A stretch of DNA of 64,000 nt from contig NC_086122.1 in assembly GCF_963921235.1 (NCBI RefSeq), positions 32,860,001 through 32,924,000 on the forward strand, written 5' to 3'. The translations under genes were made by a program, and so were the position numbers. The notes beneath the pieces are model-generated. The model saw nothing but the letters and a program-made list of their open reading frames with translations. It did not search any database and was not told the DNA's origin. Source of the stretch: Mobula hypostoma (lineage: Eukaryota). Of this stretch, positions 48,101 to 62,012 are shown one piece after another (within the stretch, counting starts at the first letter, position 1; each line of letters opens with the position of its first letter).

Positions 48101-50487
48101 TCACCCTGCATCCTCTTAGCATCCTCCTCACTGCTAACACTGCCGTCCAGCTTCGTGTCATCCGCAAACTTGGAGATGCTGCATTTAATTCCCTCATCCA
48201 AGTCATTAATATATATTGTAAACAACTGGGGTCCCAGCACTGAGCCTTGCGGTACCCCACTAGTCACCGCCTGCCATTCTGAAAAGGTCCCGTTTATTCC
48301 CACTCTTTGCTTCCTGTCTGCTAACCAATTCTCCACCCACACCAATACCTTACCCCCAATACCGTGTGCTTTAAGTTTGCACACTAATCTCCTGTGTGGG
48401 ACCTTGTCAAAAGCCTTTTGAAAATCCAAATATACCACATCCACTGGTTCTCCCCTATCCACTCTACTAGTTACATCCTCAAAAAATTCTATGAGATTCG
48501 TCAGACATGATTTTCCTTTCACAAATCCATGCTGACTTTGTCCGATCATTTCACTGCTTTCCAAATGTGCTGTTATCACATCCTTGATAACTGACTCCAG
48601 CAGTTTCCCCACCACTGACGTTAGGCTAACCGGTCTATAATTCCCCGGTTTCTCTCTCCCTCCTTTTTTAAAAATTGGGGTTACATTAGCCACCCTCCAA
48701 TCCTCAGGAACTAGTCCAGAATCTAACGAGTTTTGAAAAATTATCACTAATGCATCCACTATTTCTTGGGCTACTTCCTTAAGCACTCTAGGATGCAGAC
48801 CATCTGGCCCTGGGGATTTATCTGCCTTCAATCCCTTCAATTTACCTAACACCACTTCCCTACTAACATGTATTTCACTCAGTTCCTCCATCTCACTGGA
48901 CCCTCTGTCCCTTACTATTTCTGGAAGATTATTTATGTCCTCCTTAGTGAAGACAGAACCAAAGTAATTATTCAATTGGTCTGCCATGTCCTTGCTCCCC
49001 ATAATCAATTCACCTGTTTCTGTCTGCAGGGGACCTACATTTGTCTTTACCAGTCTTTTCCTTTTTACATATCTATAAAAGCTTTTACAGTCCGTTTTTA
49101 TGTTCCCTGCCAGTTTTCTCTCATAATCTTTTTTCCCCTTCCTAATTAAGCCCTTTGTCCTCCTCTGCTGAACTCTGAATTTCTCCCAGTCCTCAGGTGA
49201 GCCACTTTCTCTGGCTAATTTGTATGCTACTTCTTTGGAATTGATACTATCCCTAATTTCTCTTGTCAGCCACGGGTGCACTACCTTCCTTGATTTATTC
49301 TTTTGCCAAACTGGGATGAACAATTGTTGTAGTTCATCCATGCAACCTATAAATGCTTGCCATTGCATATCCACCGTCAATCCTTTAAGTGTCATTTGCC
49401 AGTCTATCTTAGCTAATTCACGTCTCATACCTTCAAAGTTCCCCTTCTTTAAGTTCAGAACCTTTGTTTCTGAATTAACTATGTCACTCTCCATATTAAT
49501 GAAGAATTCCACCATATTATGGTCACTCTTACCCAAGGGGCCTCTCACGACAAGATCGCTAATTAACCCTTCCTCATTGCTCAAAACCCAGTCCAGAATA
49601 GCCTGCTCTCTAGTTGGTTCCTCGACATGTTGGTTCAAAAACCATCCCGCATACATTCCAAGAAATCCTCTTCCTCAGCACCTTTACCAATTTGGTTCAC
49701 CCAGTCTACATGTAGATTGAAGTCACCCATTATAACTGCTGTTCCTTTATTGTACACATTTCTAATTTCCTGTTTAATACCATCTCCAACCTCACTACTA
49801 CTGTTAGGTGGCCTGTATACAACTCCCACCAGCGTCTTCTGCCCCTTAGTGTTACGCAGCTCTACCCATATTGATTCCACATCTTCCCGGCTTATGTCCT
49901 TCCTTTCTATTGCGTTAATCTCTTCTTTAACCAGCAACGCCACCCCACCTCCCCTTCCTTCATGTCTATCCCTCCTGAATATTGAATATCCCTGAACGTT
50001 GAGCTCCCATCCCTGGTCACCCTGGAGCCATGTCTCTGTGATCCCAACTATATCATAATCATTAATAACAATCTGCACTTTCAATTCATCCACCTTATTA
50101 CGAATGCTCCTTGCATTGACACATAAAGCCTTCAGGCACTCTTTTACAACTCTCTTAGCCCTTGTACAATTATGTTGAAAAGTGGCCCTTTTTAATGCTT
50201 GCCCTGGATTTGTCGGCCTGCCACTTTTACTTTTCTCCTTTGTACTTTTTGCTTCTATGCTCACTTTACACCCCTCTGTCTCTCTGCACTGGTTCCCATC
50301 CCTCTGTTGTGAACTAACCTCCTCACGCCTAGCCTCTTTAATTTGATTTCTTCCGTACGTTTCCATGAGAAAATCAGTTTCCAATTTATGCTTCCAAATT
50401 CCTGCCTGATATTTCCCCTTACTCCAATTAAATGCTTTCCTAACTTGTCTGTTCCTATCCCTCTCCAATGCTATGGTAAAGGAGATA
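45160..50487 (-). mobile_element. Outer CR1 LINE (45160-47236 and 50346-50487) interrupted by a nested CR1
   Basis: Frameshifted RT ORFs at 45250-46959; the frame INWKLIFSWKRTEE|MWQMFRGYL rejoins across the insertion. Confidence 0.9.
47237..50345 (-). mobile_element. Nested young CR1 LINE with essentially complete ORF2
   Basis: EN start LCVNARSIRNK...ITETWL, YRPP, GDFN; 775-aa RT ORF 47329-49656; TTCTATGT-type tail; ATTT TSD. Confidence 0.95.
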
Positions 50488-50629
50488 GAGTATATTGAGA
50501 GAGTTTCTAAAAATCAGATTTCAATTGTTTGAATTTTATAATATCTCTGTGGCAATATTTGTCTTTAAGTACAAGTGCCTTTCAATAACTAGAATATGAG
50601 AGGAATTTATTTATTTATTATCTAGTTGC

Positions 50630-50905
50630 CTACTTATTTGTTTGTTCATTTATTTAGAGATACAGAAGGACCTTCCAGCCCAACAAGCCATACTGCCCAC
50701 CAACCCACCTATTTAACACTAGCTTCATCACAGGAAAATATACAATGACCAATTAACCTACTAACCATTACATCTTTGGACTGTGGGAGGAAACCCATAC
50801 ACTCATAGGGAGAACATACAAGCTTTACAGATGGTGCTGGAATTGAACTCCAAACTAGGGAATGCCTCAAGTTATAATAGCATCGTGCTAACTGCCACAC
50901 TACTG
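50630..50905 (-). mobile_element. V-SINE-like copy
   Basis: caattaacctacta...ttggactgtgggaggaaacc core. Confidence 0.65.
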
Positions 50906-51050
50906 TGCAATTTCTCAGTATTTAAAAACACAGATTCTTTATCGTATTGCTGAAAAATTCTCATAGCCTAAAATGTACGCATTATGGGAAACAGTATGGT
51001 TATAAATACTTGAAACTTGTTTTATATTCATTTTGGACATACACTTTTGG

Positions 51051-52745
51051 AATAAGACTATAAGACATAGGAGCAGAATTTGGCCCATTGAGTCTGCTCC
51101 ACCATTCAATCACGGTGATCCTCCATCCCCTGCCCCATTCACCGGCTTTCTCCCAGTAACCTTTGATACTATGTCCAATCAAGAACCTATTAAACTCTGC
51201 CTTAAATACACCCAATGACCTGGCCTCCATAGCTGCCTGTGGTAATAAATTCCATAAATTCACCACCCTTTGGCTAAAGAAATTTCTCCGCATCTGTTTT
51301 AAATAGACGCCCCCTATCCTGAGGCTGTACCCTCTTGTTCTAGACTCCCCCACATGGGAAACATCCTTTCCACATCTACTCTGTCTGGGCCTTTCAACAT
51401 TCGGATGGTTTCAATGGGATCCCCTCTCATCCTTCTAAATTCCAGTGAGTACAGGCACAGAGCTAACAAGCGTTCCTCATAAAATAATCCTTTCACTCCC
51501 AGAACCTCCTGTGAACCCTCTCCGATGCCAGCACATCTTTTCTTAGATGAGGAGCCCAAAACTGTTCACAACACTCAACAAGACGCCACACCAGTGTCTT
51601 GTTAAGCCTTAGCATTGCATCCCTGCTCTTGTATTCTAGATCTCTTAAAATGAATGCCAATATTGCATTTGCCTTCCTCACCACTGACTCTATCGGCAAG
51701 TTAACCTTTAGGGTGTTCTGTAGAAGGACACCCAAGTCCCTTTGCAGCTTAGATTTTTGGATTTTCTCCCCATTTAGAAAATAGTCTGTACAGTTATTCT
51801 ATTACCCAAGTTCATGAGCATGCACTTTCAATTTGCCACTTTCCTGCCCATTCTTCTAATCCGTCCAAATCCTTCTGCAGCCTACCCGTTTCCTCAACAC
51901 TACCTGCCCCTCCACCAATCTTCATATCATCTGCAAACTTGGCAACAAAGCCATCTATTCCATCATCTAAATCATTTATATGTAGCATAAAAAGAAGTGA
52001 TCCCAACACCAACCCCTGCAGAACACTACTAGTCACTGACAAGCAACCAGAAAAAGATCCTTTTATTACCACCTGCTGCCTCCTACCCATCAGCTAATGC
52101 TCTAACTATGCCAGTAACTTTCCTGTAATACTAAAGTCTTTTATCTTGGTAAGCTGCCTCGTGTATGGAACGTTGTCAAACGGCTTCTGAAAGTCCAAAT
52201 ATACAACATCCACTGCATCCCCTTTATCTATCCTATTGTAATCTCCTCAAAAAATACTAACTGGCTCATCAGGCTAGATTTTCCCTCTGGGAAACCATGC
52301 TGACTTTATCTTGTCTTGCCATATGTCACCAAGTACTCCATAATGTCATCCTTAACAATTGACTCCAATATCTTCCCAACCACTGAGGTCAGGTTAACAG
52401 GTCTATAATTTCCTTTCTGCTCCCTTCCTCCTTTCTTAAAGAGTGGAGTGACATTTGCAATTTTCCAGTCCTCTGGCACCATGCCCAGATCATTAATAAT
52501 GCCTCCACAATCTCTTATCGCTACTTCTTTCAGAACCCTAGGGGTAGTTCATCTGGTCCAGGTGACTTGTGTACCTTTAGGTCTTTCAGCTTTTTGAGCA
52601 CTCTCTCCCTTGTAATAGTAACTGTACTCACTTTTCTTCCCTCGTACCTTTCAACATCTGGCACACTGCTTGTGTCTTCCACAGTGAAACCTGATGCAAA
52701 ATACTCATGTAACTCAGCCATCTCCTTGTCCCCCGTTATTATTCC
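51051..52745 (-). mobile_element. Degraded 5'-truncated CR1
   Basis: Multiple frameshifted RT ORFs (FVAKFADDMKIGG, FFSQRVVNLWNLLP). Confidence 0.88.
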
Positions 52746-54412
52746 TCTGGTTATTATTATTCCATTATTACAAATGTTTGTATATCCACAGAGTATTTAT
52801 AAATCTATTTCTAATTTTCCCATAGAAACAGCACACCTGTATCAGTACTTAGTTAATGGTTCTTACTCCTACAATGGCTATGGTTTAGCCCAGTAACAGA
52901 GATAACCCATTATCATTATTCTGGATGGCTACTAAAAATATTCAATTCACATTTTATATGGCATTAGTTTCTGCATTTTTTATGCTTCAATTTTCTCTGA
53001 AAAAATCCTCTCCTGGAAGTGCTGGGTAAAAATAGGCAAGCCCATGCCAATCTCTTGGATGCTATGAACTCCATTAAATTTGTAAGATGGCATCTACACA
53101 TGTACTTCTGATCCAAAGTGTATTAGACAGCACAGGATTTAAAGAGCATCTCACAATTGGAAACGCATTAAAGGAGTTAGTAAGGTGGTCAATGAGAAGA
53201 GAGACAGCACCCTCTTTCTAGACAAAAAAGGACAAGTGAGAGTTTGTAAAGATTTGTAGGCTTTTCCAAAATGCATGGTGCCACTAATTTCAAGAACACT
53301 TCCTAGCACATTGATCAAAAAGCATTTCATTCATACAATAGATAAATGGTGTATTATCATAGATGGAACATCTCAGCTCAATTAATCATAATGAATTCAT
53401 TCTGTGACTCAGGCACCAAGGGGCTAAAAATGGACTGTGCAACTTTTCACATGAGCAGAGTAGATATACAACAGCCAAACCCCACAATAAATTTCAGAGC
53501 ATACCACCAACATACCAAAGCAATAATTGTGATGTCTAGTTTACACTTAAGAACCTCTGTTGGTCTCAAGATTTGTCTCAAAATGCCAAATTGTACCATT
53601 CAGATGGAGCCACTGCCATTCTGTTGGGCCTCAGAAATCTTAGTAAACTGAGCAACAACAATTACCAGTTACTGGTGTGATACTCTGGTCTATCTAACCC
53701 TTTTAACTGGCCTATCCAGATTTTATAGCTTTTCCCCACCTATAACTGTTGTTAGTTTTGGGCAAGGTTGCCAATCAGCTACCATAGAGGGCATTATAGT
53801 CTTGAAAGACTATAATAGCTCAATTTTTGTGGTACTCAAAATTACCTGGCTGCAGCTGGTGGCTCCATGGAATGTTAAGAAGCCCATTTAAAAAAAAAAT
53901 AAATGGAACTACCTACATTCATACTGTCTATCACTGATTCTTTACCAGCAATCCAAACAGACAGCTGGCAAAGAATCAAGGGCAGAAATTCAGCACCTCC
54001 TCTTTTTTGCCCCTCTGCAGCTAAAGGCAACTAATGCACCCATATTTCACTGAAAATGACCTAGGCTCAGATTAAATTGTATCATTAACCAGAGGATCTT
54101 ATCAAAGCAGCAGGTTCCAGTTTCATCCAATCATCAAATTTTTAGAAAATCTGTACAACCATCTATTCCTACCAAAAAACTACAAACAAACCCACAATAA
54201 TTTGAGAATCCCAAGATCCTTTTAAATAGTGCAATGCATGATGCTAAATGAAAGGGTCTGTCAACCTTCACCTAGCAGTTCAAAGCAAAGGATAATTAAT
54301 TTTGTCTTTGCAAACCTTCTCAACTCATTTGAAGGATAACCAATCAACATCAATGTCCTTGTAGGAACCATGTATCTATTTTTTATCTGCATTGTATTTT
54401 GAGTTGCACGTT

Positions 54413-55341
54413 TATTACGGTAGCCAGTCACGTTGGTTGGGTGTGGTAGAAGTAAGGAGTTTAGTTATTGTTACATGCTCAAGGAGATCTGTTTTTTTTT
54501 GTGAGAATGATGTAATGGTCTTTTGGAGGTCACCTGATGTGATTTTCCCGCCGATGTGAGGTCACGTGATGACATGTGCCCCGTGACTATATAAGGGTCG
54601 ACTCAGGTGACGCAGTAGGTTTTTGAGTTTGTAGATTTCCAGGTAGAACGTGTTGTGCCTCCGTTTCTGTTGTGCGTTTGTTTTTGTGACGCAATTTCAT
54701 TTTTAAAACGGAGGGTGTGTTCTCTTACAAGGTATTGTATTTGGACTGGGAATTTGTGGCTGGAAGTGCCAATTTACTCAATTCCGACAGTTTTGAAGGG
54801 AGAGTGAAGAATTTATCGAAGTGAAGGATCGAGAGAAGTCGGCATCATTTGGCAGTTTAATAAAGAATCGACCTTATTGAGTCTTCGTTGGAGAAAACCT
54901 GCATCGAGATAACTCTTGCAAAAGCGCAATGAGTTCATGCAAAAAGGTGCTCTCTCTAAAAGGAATTTAAGGTCAGTTGATTTAAATTGTTTATTTTCGG
55001 CATTGGGAATCCTGTGGACAGAACCAGCAGTAAAGGTGCGTCTGTGAAGAAATCGTTCTCCAGAGAAGTCTCTCCTAATTGAATGTGTAAAACTGTTGGA
55101 CTTTCGAAGTTATCGCTTTAAGAACTATATCTGACTGTATCGCTTTAAGGGCTGTTTTCGCATTTAACGCTTTAAGAACCAGAGCCGAGTGGCGAGTTGG
55201 TGAACAGCTGCGTACCTGTTAACCTCCGGTTAAAGTTTTCCTTTGTTTTTTTCCCTTATCGTTTATACGTGTTTAATAAATGTTTGGTTATTTTTATATA
55301 ACCTGTCTCGATTAATATTCATTGTTGCCGGTTATGTAATA
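54413..55341 (+). mobile_element. Probable solo LTR
   Basis: Degenerate TGTTACG...CGTAACA-type termini, TATATAA at 54588, AATAAA near 55275, CpG-richer than flanks; TSD not evident. Confidence 0.55.
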
Positions 55342-55699
55342 TTATGTATTCATGCTTTGTCTTTGGATCAGTCTGGAGCTAGGGAGTGAGATAAGGGGTG
55401 ATATCTTTTTTTTGTTGATTGCTTAAGTTTTCTAAACTACGTTGAAGAAAGCTTAAGTACGTTTAACATGCTAACACTGTTTATTTCATTATACTGTTAG
55501 TTTTATCGCTTCAAGATTGTTTGCTTTGCTACTTTCTTAATAAAAGATTCAACGTATTCTTCAACTTTGGAACCTTGCTATTGGATCAGGAAGCACATCA
55601 TACAGGATTAAGCCCACCCTGTGCTTAGTCTCTAGGCGGTGTTGATTTGCACGAGTAGCCGCTACAGTCCTCTCTCAGGCCATCATCCCCTTATTGACT

Positions 55700-56065
55700 G
55701 ACACCAGACACACCACACAGATGCACTAAAGCTCAGTAAAGGAGAGATTACAGGTGAACAGAGGAGTAAATAAGGATTCAAAGGCACTGTGATGAAATGC
55801 AATATCCACACTAACTCCTGGGAGTCTTTGGCCCATGACTGCTCAGAGTGCAGCAGGAGCATTCGGGATGGTACTGAGAACTCAAGGCCATGCATCAGAG
55901 CATGCAAACCTAACTGGTGAAAGGAGCAGACTGCCAACAAAATGATCCACCCATCTGAGCAGACTGCCAACAAAATGATCCACCCATCTGTCCAGTCAAC
56001 TACTAACTGCTCCATCTGTGAAAAGATTCCCAGTTCCCACACTGGCCTTATTAACGCCTTCAGCC
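55700..56065 (+). mobile_element. Old RTE LINE ORF C-terminal fragment with a 33-bp tandem duplication
   Basis: Translates FKGTVMKCNIHTNSWESLAHD...CSICEKIPSSHTGL (RTE C-terminal pattern); GAGCAGACTGCCAACAAAATGATCCACCCATCT twice. Confidence 0.55.
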
Positions 56066-56085
56066 ATGAAACCGAAGTGGAAATA

Positions 56086-57863
56086 CAATTGCAAGAAAAA
56101 GTTTGTGAACCCTTTCCAATTACCTGGTTTTCTGCAGTAATTACTCATAAAATGTGGTCTGATTTTCTGATCTTCATCAGAGTCACAATAATAGGCAATA
56201 ACAATCTGCCTAAACTAATAACACGCAAACAATTGTACTTCTTCTCGTCAATTTAAACAATCACAGTCTAGGTCCAAAAAAGTATGTGAATCTCTGGGGT
56301 AACGCCTTCTACAAAAGCTATTTGGTCAGGTGTTTCAGTCAATGAGATGAGATTGGAGGTGTGGGTTGTAGAGGTGTCCTGAGCTATATAAAAAAAAAGA
56401 CACACAAAGTCAGGTTACTGACAGAACCTGCTCTTCAAGAAAGATCTGTTTATGTGCACCTTACTTTGATCAAAACAACTTGAGGACCTTAGAAAAAGAA
56501 TTGTAGAGACTCATGAAGTCCGAAAAGGCTACAAGAGAATTTCTAAAGACCTGAGTGTTCATCAGTTCAGAGTAAGAGAAATTGTCTACAAATGGAGTAC
56601 TGTCACAATTCTCCCTAGGAGTGGGTGTCCTACAAGGATCACACCAAGAGGTGAAGAAGGTGAAAAAGAACCCAAAGGTAACAGCAAAATACCTGCGGAA
56701 ATATGTACAACTTGCTAAGGTCTCTGTTCACATGCCCATTATAAGAAAAACACTGAACAAATCTTCTCCTATCATTTTGGATCTCCCCCTCCCCCTCCAA
56801 CTTTCAAATCCCTAACTCACTCTTCCTTCAGTTAGTCCTGACGAAGGGTCTCGGCCTGAAACGTCAACTGCACCTCTTCCTAGAGATGCTGCCTGACCTG
56901 CTGCGTTCACCAGCAACTTTTATGTGTGTTGCTTGAATTTCCAGCATCTGCAGAATTCCTGTTGTGAACAAGAATGGTGTTCATGGAAGAACACCAAAGA
57001 GGAAACCACTGCTCTCAAAAAAAAAGCATTGCTGCACATCTCAAGTTTGCAAAAGACCAACTGGATGTTCCACAACACTTCTGGGACAATGTTCTGTGGA
57101 CAGATGAGACAGAAGTTGAACTTTCTGGCAGAAATGCATGCCACTATGTTTGGATGAAAAAGGGCACTGCACATCAACACCAAAACCTCATCCCAACAGT
57201 GAAGCATTGGGGAGGGAACATCACAGTTTGGGTCTGCTTTGCTGCCTCAGGGCCTGGACAGCATGCAATTGTTGAGGTAACAATGAATTAAAAATTGTAT
57301 CAAAACATTTTACAGGAGAATGTCAGGGTAGCAGTCCATCACCTGAAGTTGGATGATGCAACAAGGCAATGATCTGAAACACAAGAGTAAATCAAGAACA
57401 GAACATTTTAAAAATAAAATTCATGTTTTGGAATGGCTAAGTCAGAGTCCAGACCTTAACCCAACTGAGATGCTGTGGCATAACCAGAAGAGGGTTGTTC
57501 CTGCAAGGTATTCGAAAAATACTGAAGAACTGAAATAGTTTTGTTTGGAGGAATGGTCTAAAATTCCTCCTCGCTGCTGTTTAAGTCTGATCAGCAGCTA
57601 CAGGAAACAATTGGTGGAGGTTATTGCTGCTAAAGGAGGTTCCACCAGTTATTAAATACAAGGGTTGACATACCTTTTCCAGCCTGGATTGTGAATCAAT
57701 GGGTTCAATAAACACATGAAATGTACAATCATTCATGTGTTATTAGTCGAGGCAGACTGTGTTTGTCTATTATTAGGACTTAGATGAAGATCAGACTGCA
57801 TTTTATGAGTAATACAGAAAACTAGGTAATTACAAAAGATTCATTAACTTTTTCTTGTAGCTC
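56086..57863 (+). mobile_element. Full-length decayed Tc1 transposon with long (IR/DR-type) inverted repeats
   Basis: TA flanks; ~200-bp imperfect TIRs; transposase motifs FWDNVLWTDETEVEL, PTVKHWGGNITVWVCF, QQGNDLKH, EWLSQSPDLNPTEMLW. Confidence 0.92.
56761..56964 (+). mobile_element. Penelope pLTR fragment with hammerhead motif inserted in Tc1 (TSD TGAACAA)
   Basis: TGAACAA at 56754-56760 and 56965-56971; AGTC-CTGACGA-AGGG-TCTCGG-CCT-GAAACGTC-AACT. Confidence 0.82.
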
Positions 57864-58794
57864 TATGTCACCCTTGATCGTAAGAGTGCATGACTTAAAA
57901 CCTATACAGAAATCCATGGGATGATAGCATCTGACAACATACTGTAGAAGGCCTTTTCTGACCTTACTCCTTGATTCCAGCAATTGAGAGGGGTGTAGAA
58001 TCGTATCTGAAATTTGTCTCCATCTGATGTCTGCTACATGATAAACACAAGCTGTGACCCTAATCAATGTATCCACAACAAAACCAGTCATTACAAAATG
58101 GTGATACAAGATTGTATCATCACTTCTGTGCCAAGGTATATCCACTGCAGGTACCTTAAAAGCACTAGAGAAACAGCATCAACTTTACTTCTACGAGTAC
58201 ACTGGCAGGATAAGTGTCAATGTTCTCTCCCAGGACCGTAGCTCCTGTACTGAAGCCCTAATTACACTGAATCAGCTACAGACCAGAAAGCCAAAACAAT
58301 CCATCAACAGAAATACCCAGGTGGACAAAGGGCATTCTCAAAACCTTGTTGACAAACGTATAACATCACATCACACTAACCTGTGGATATCTCTCTCATT
58401 TGCCTAACTAAAATTCTTCATGGCATTGAGTGACTTAAGAAATAAGTTGGATGCATAGAAACCCAGCATAAATGGTAGCAGGAGAGCCTGCCCTGTCAAG
58501 CACCTCCTGTGGCAAACATTGAGCATCTTATATTGGCCAATTCAGCCATCTTAGAGCCTAGAGAAATGAACAGAAGCAAATCAACCTTGACTTCAAGGGT
58601 TAGCTTCTACGTACTCCAAGCAAGATAATGACCTTCTGGGCATCACAAATCCTAGATAAAACCTGCAACGCTCCAATTTTTTTTATTTTTGCTATTCTTT
58701 GGATAAATGCTGAGCCATTGGAATTGTTACAATTTGAATAAGCTGCTCTAAGCAGCTTATCCAAATAAATCAGAAGAAATAATTTAAATACCTA

Positions 58795-58965
<171 letters not shown>

Positions 58966-59369
58966 TTAGAAGAGTTTAAGCGTAATCATTCAACACACAC
59001 AGGAGGAAATTCCACATACTGAAGGCAAATGCTGATTTACCAGAGTTTCCATCAGCATAAATGCAAGAATTTCTTTGTCAGAATTTGGCAGAAAATGGAC
59101 AAAAATGTCAAAAAATGGCAAAAGTGCTGATTATTTAGTTGGCATCTTTCTACCTAGGTGATATATTGGATACACAGTTTTCAAATTTTGTGACTTCATG
59201 TAATTTTCATTTTATTGTGAAATTAAATAGCTTTCATTTTTTGACGTCTTATCACACATAGTTCATGTCACCAAGTTGCATTTTAAACTTGCATGAAAAT
59301 AACACACTAACATCTGTAAAGAAATGAATGACACCAATGAATATGTGGTACCTGTAGCACAGCAACATT

Positions 59370-59715
59370 TGTTTTAGTTTATTGTCATGGACAGACATAC
59401 TAAGGATATAAATGCCATGATAAAAGGTTTTTTAGCTGCAGCAGTGCAATACATCATAAGATGAGGATAAAAATAAGGTAACAAATTTAAATTAACACAA
59501 ATTATACATAATGAACATACACATGTACAATAACAAAGTAAACATAGTGCAAAATTGAAAGAAAAACGTAGTCCAAGGTAGTTTTAAGGTTTTTCAGGTT
59601 GGTTCAAGAACCTGATGGCAGTGGGGATGAAACGGTTGTTGAGATGTAGGTTATCAGGCTCCTGAACCTCCTGCCTAATGGCAACATCAAAAAAAGGGCA
59701 TGGTCCAGATGGTGG
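59370..59715 (-). mobile_element. Rex-Babar-like LINE 3' fragment
   Basis: LNNRFIPTAIRFLNQ coding end with atgacaataaa tail. Confidence 0.6.
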
Positions 59716-59954
59716 TGGTGATGCAGAGTGGGCGGGGAGTGAGGAGATGATGGTAAAGCTGTCAGTGGTCCGTATGCAAACTAAAGAACCCAAACATGTC
59801 TTATCAGAAAATTCCCTAGATTAGAAGGGAGTGAAAAGAAACCAGTTAAGAGACACTAGTTATGACTGGATAGTTAAGGAGTGAACCAGCCAAGCTCCTA
59901 ATATGATTATGTTTCTAATGAACCAAAAACAAAAATATCACATAGAATGTGCTA

Positions 59955-60182
<228 letters not shown>

Positions 60183-61329
60183 TCAAAGAACTAATAACAT
60201 TCAAATAATATCTCTTAAACGAATGCATCACTTAATTGTAGAATTAGAATTCCCGATCCGCCTGGACTTCTTGCTCCAGTCTCATCCTCTCTGGACACAT
60301 TCATTCTTAACTAACGACATGACACTGCTATCTCAGTTTTTCACTGAACTTACTCAAAAAGACCTTCTACTGAACCTGTAATACTTGATGCACTAAGAAC
60401 CAATCCCACCTTTGTCAAAAATTTGTTGACAAGGTTTGTGAAGTCATTGTATGGCAAAATGACTCCTACCATCTGAGGCGATAAACTCCAGCTCCCTGAC
60501 CCTCTTCGTACTACTTCCAGATCACAGCCCCACTCCTGAACATTGGGTCATTGTCTCCAGGACAGTACTAACCTCTTTCCTCCAACAGTCTCCACTGTCA
60601 TTGTCCTTTAATACTCACAGTCACTTTTACATCCTTCCCAAAACCCTCAAACAGGGCATGTTGTTTCAAGCTATTTCTGCCTTATCAGGAATATGAGAAC
60701 ATGATTTCAACTGCAGCACAGCGCTACAGCTGGAAGAGCTGCTGTTTCCCAGTTCCAATGATCCAGGTTCACAGTGCTATAGAGAACTTCGAAGCTGCAT
60801 TCTCTACCTGTGATTGCAATAGTTTCCCCCTAGGTGATATACATTTCCCTCACATCCCAAATGTATTCAAGTTGATAGATTAACTGGTCCCTGTGAAGCG
60901 ACCTTTATTGTGTAGGGGTGTAGGTGGTAGAAACTGGGGGGGATCTGATGGGGATGTGGAGAAGTAAAATTATCAGTACAGCATTAGTGTAAATGGGTGC
61001 ACGATTATTAGCATGGACTGGATGGGCTGAAGGGACAGCTTTAGTACTACATGACCCTTGATTTGAAGAGAAATTGAATGTTTACATTCAATTGAATTTC
61101 TGTTCCATTCATTATAAGAACATTGAAAACAGGAACAGGAATTGGCTCCACAAGCCAGCCTATAAGATCATGGTTGATTTAATCTTGGCCACTTTCCACC
61201 TCTCTGTCTACATCCCACAACTTTCTCAGGTACTGAATTTCAAAGGTTCAGAATTCTCAGTGAGAAATAAAAAAGCAATTCTCCTCATCTCAATTCTGGT
61301 GACTATTTATTCCAACATCTATTCTACAC

Positions 61330-62012
61330 ATACCCATGAGTCTCTACTTTCTGCGAAGGCTGAGAGAAGTCCATCTCCCAACCCCCATCCTCACCACACT
61401 CTACAGAGGATGCATCGAGAGCATTCTGAGCAGCTGCATCACTGCCTGGTTTGGGAATTACACCGCCTCGGATCGCGATACCCTGCAGCAGATAGTGAGG
61501 TCAGCTGAGAAAATCATCGGAGTGTCTCTTCCCACTATTACAGACATTTACACCACACGCTGCACCCGCAATGCTAACAGTATTGTGAAGGACCCCATGC
61601 ACCTCTCAGACAAACTCTCCTCCCGCCTGCCATCTGGCAAAAGGTACCGAAGCATTCAGGGTCTCACGACCAGATTGTGTAACAGTTTCTTCCCCCACGC
61701 CATCAGAGTCTAGACTGACATCTACATCATCTATTATATTGTAATTTGTTCTCGACTGTGCCTATTGTCTTGTTTATTAATTATTGTACTGCCCTGCACT
61801 GTTTTGTGCACTTCATGTAGTCCTGTGCAAGTCTGTAGTCTAGTGCAGTTTTTTATGTTGTTTTACGTAGTCTAGTGTAGCCTTCTGCTGTCTCACATAG
61901 TCTAGTGTAGTTTTATGTTGTTTCATGTAGCACCATGGTCCTGGAGAAACGTTGTTTCATTTTTACTGTACCAGCAGCTTATGGTCGAAACGACAATAAA
62001 CTTAACTTGACT
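61330..62012 (+). mobile_element. Rex-Babar-like LINE 3' fragment
   Basis: ORF 61336-61713 LYFLRRLR...YRGCIESILSSCITAWFGN...LPSGKRYRSI; tail gacaataaac(ttgac)n. Confidence 0.88.
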
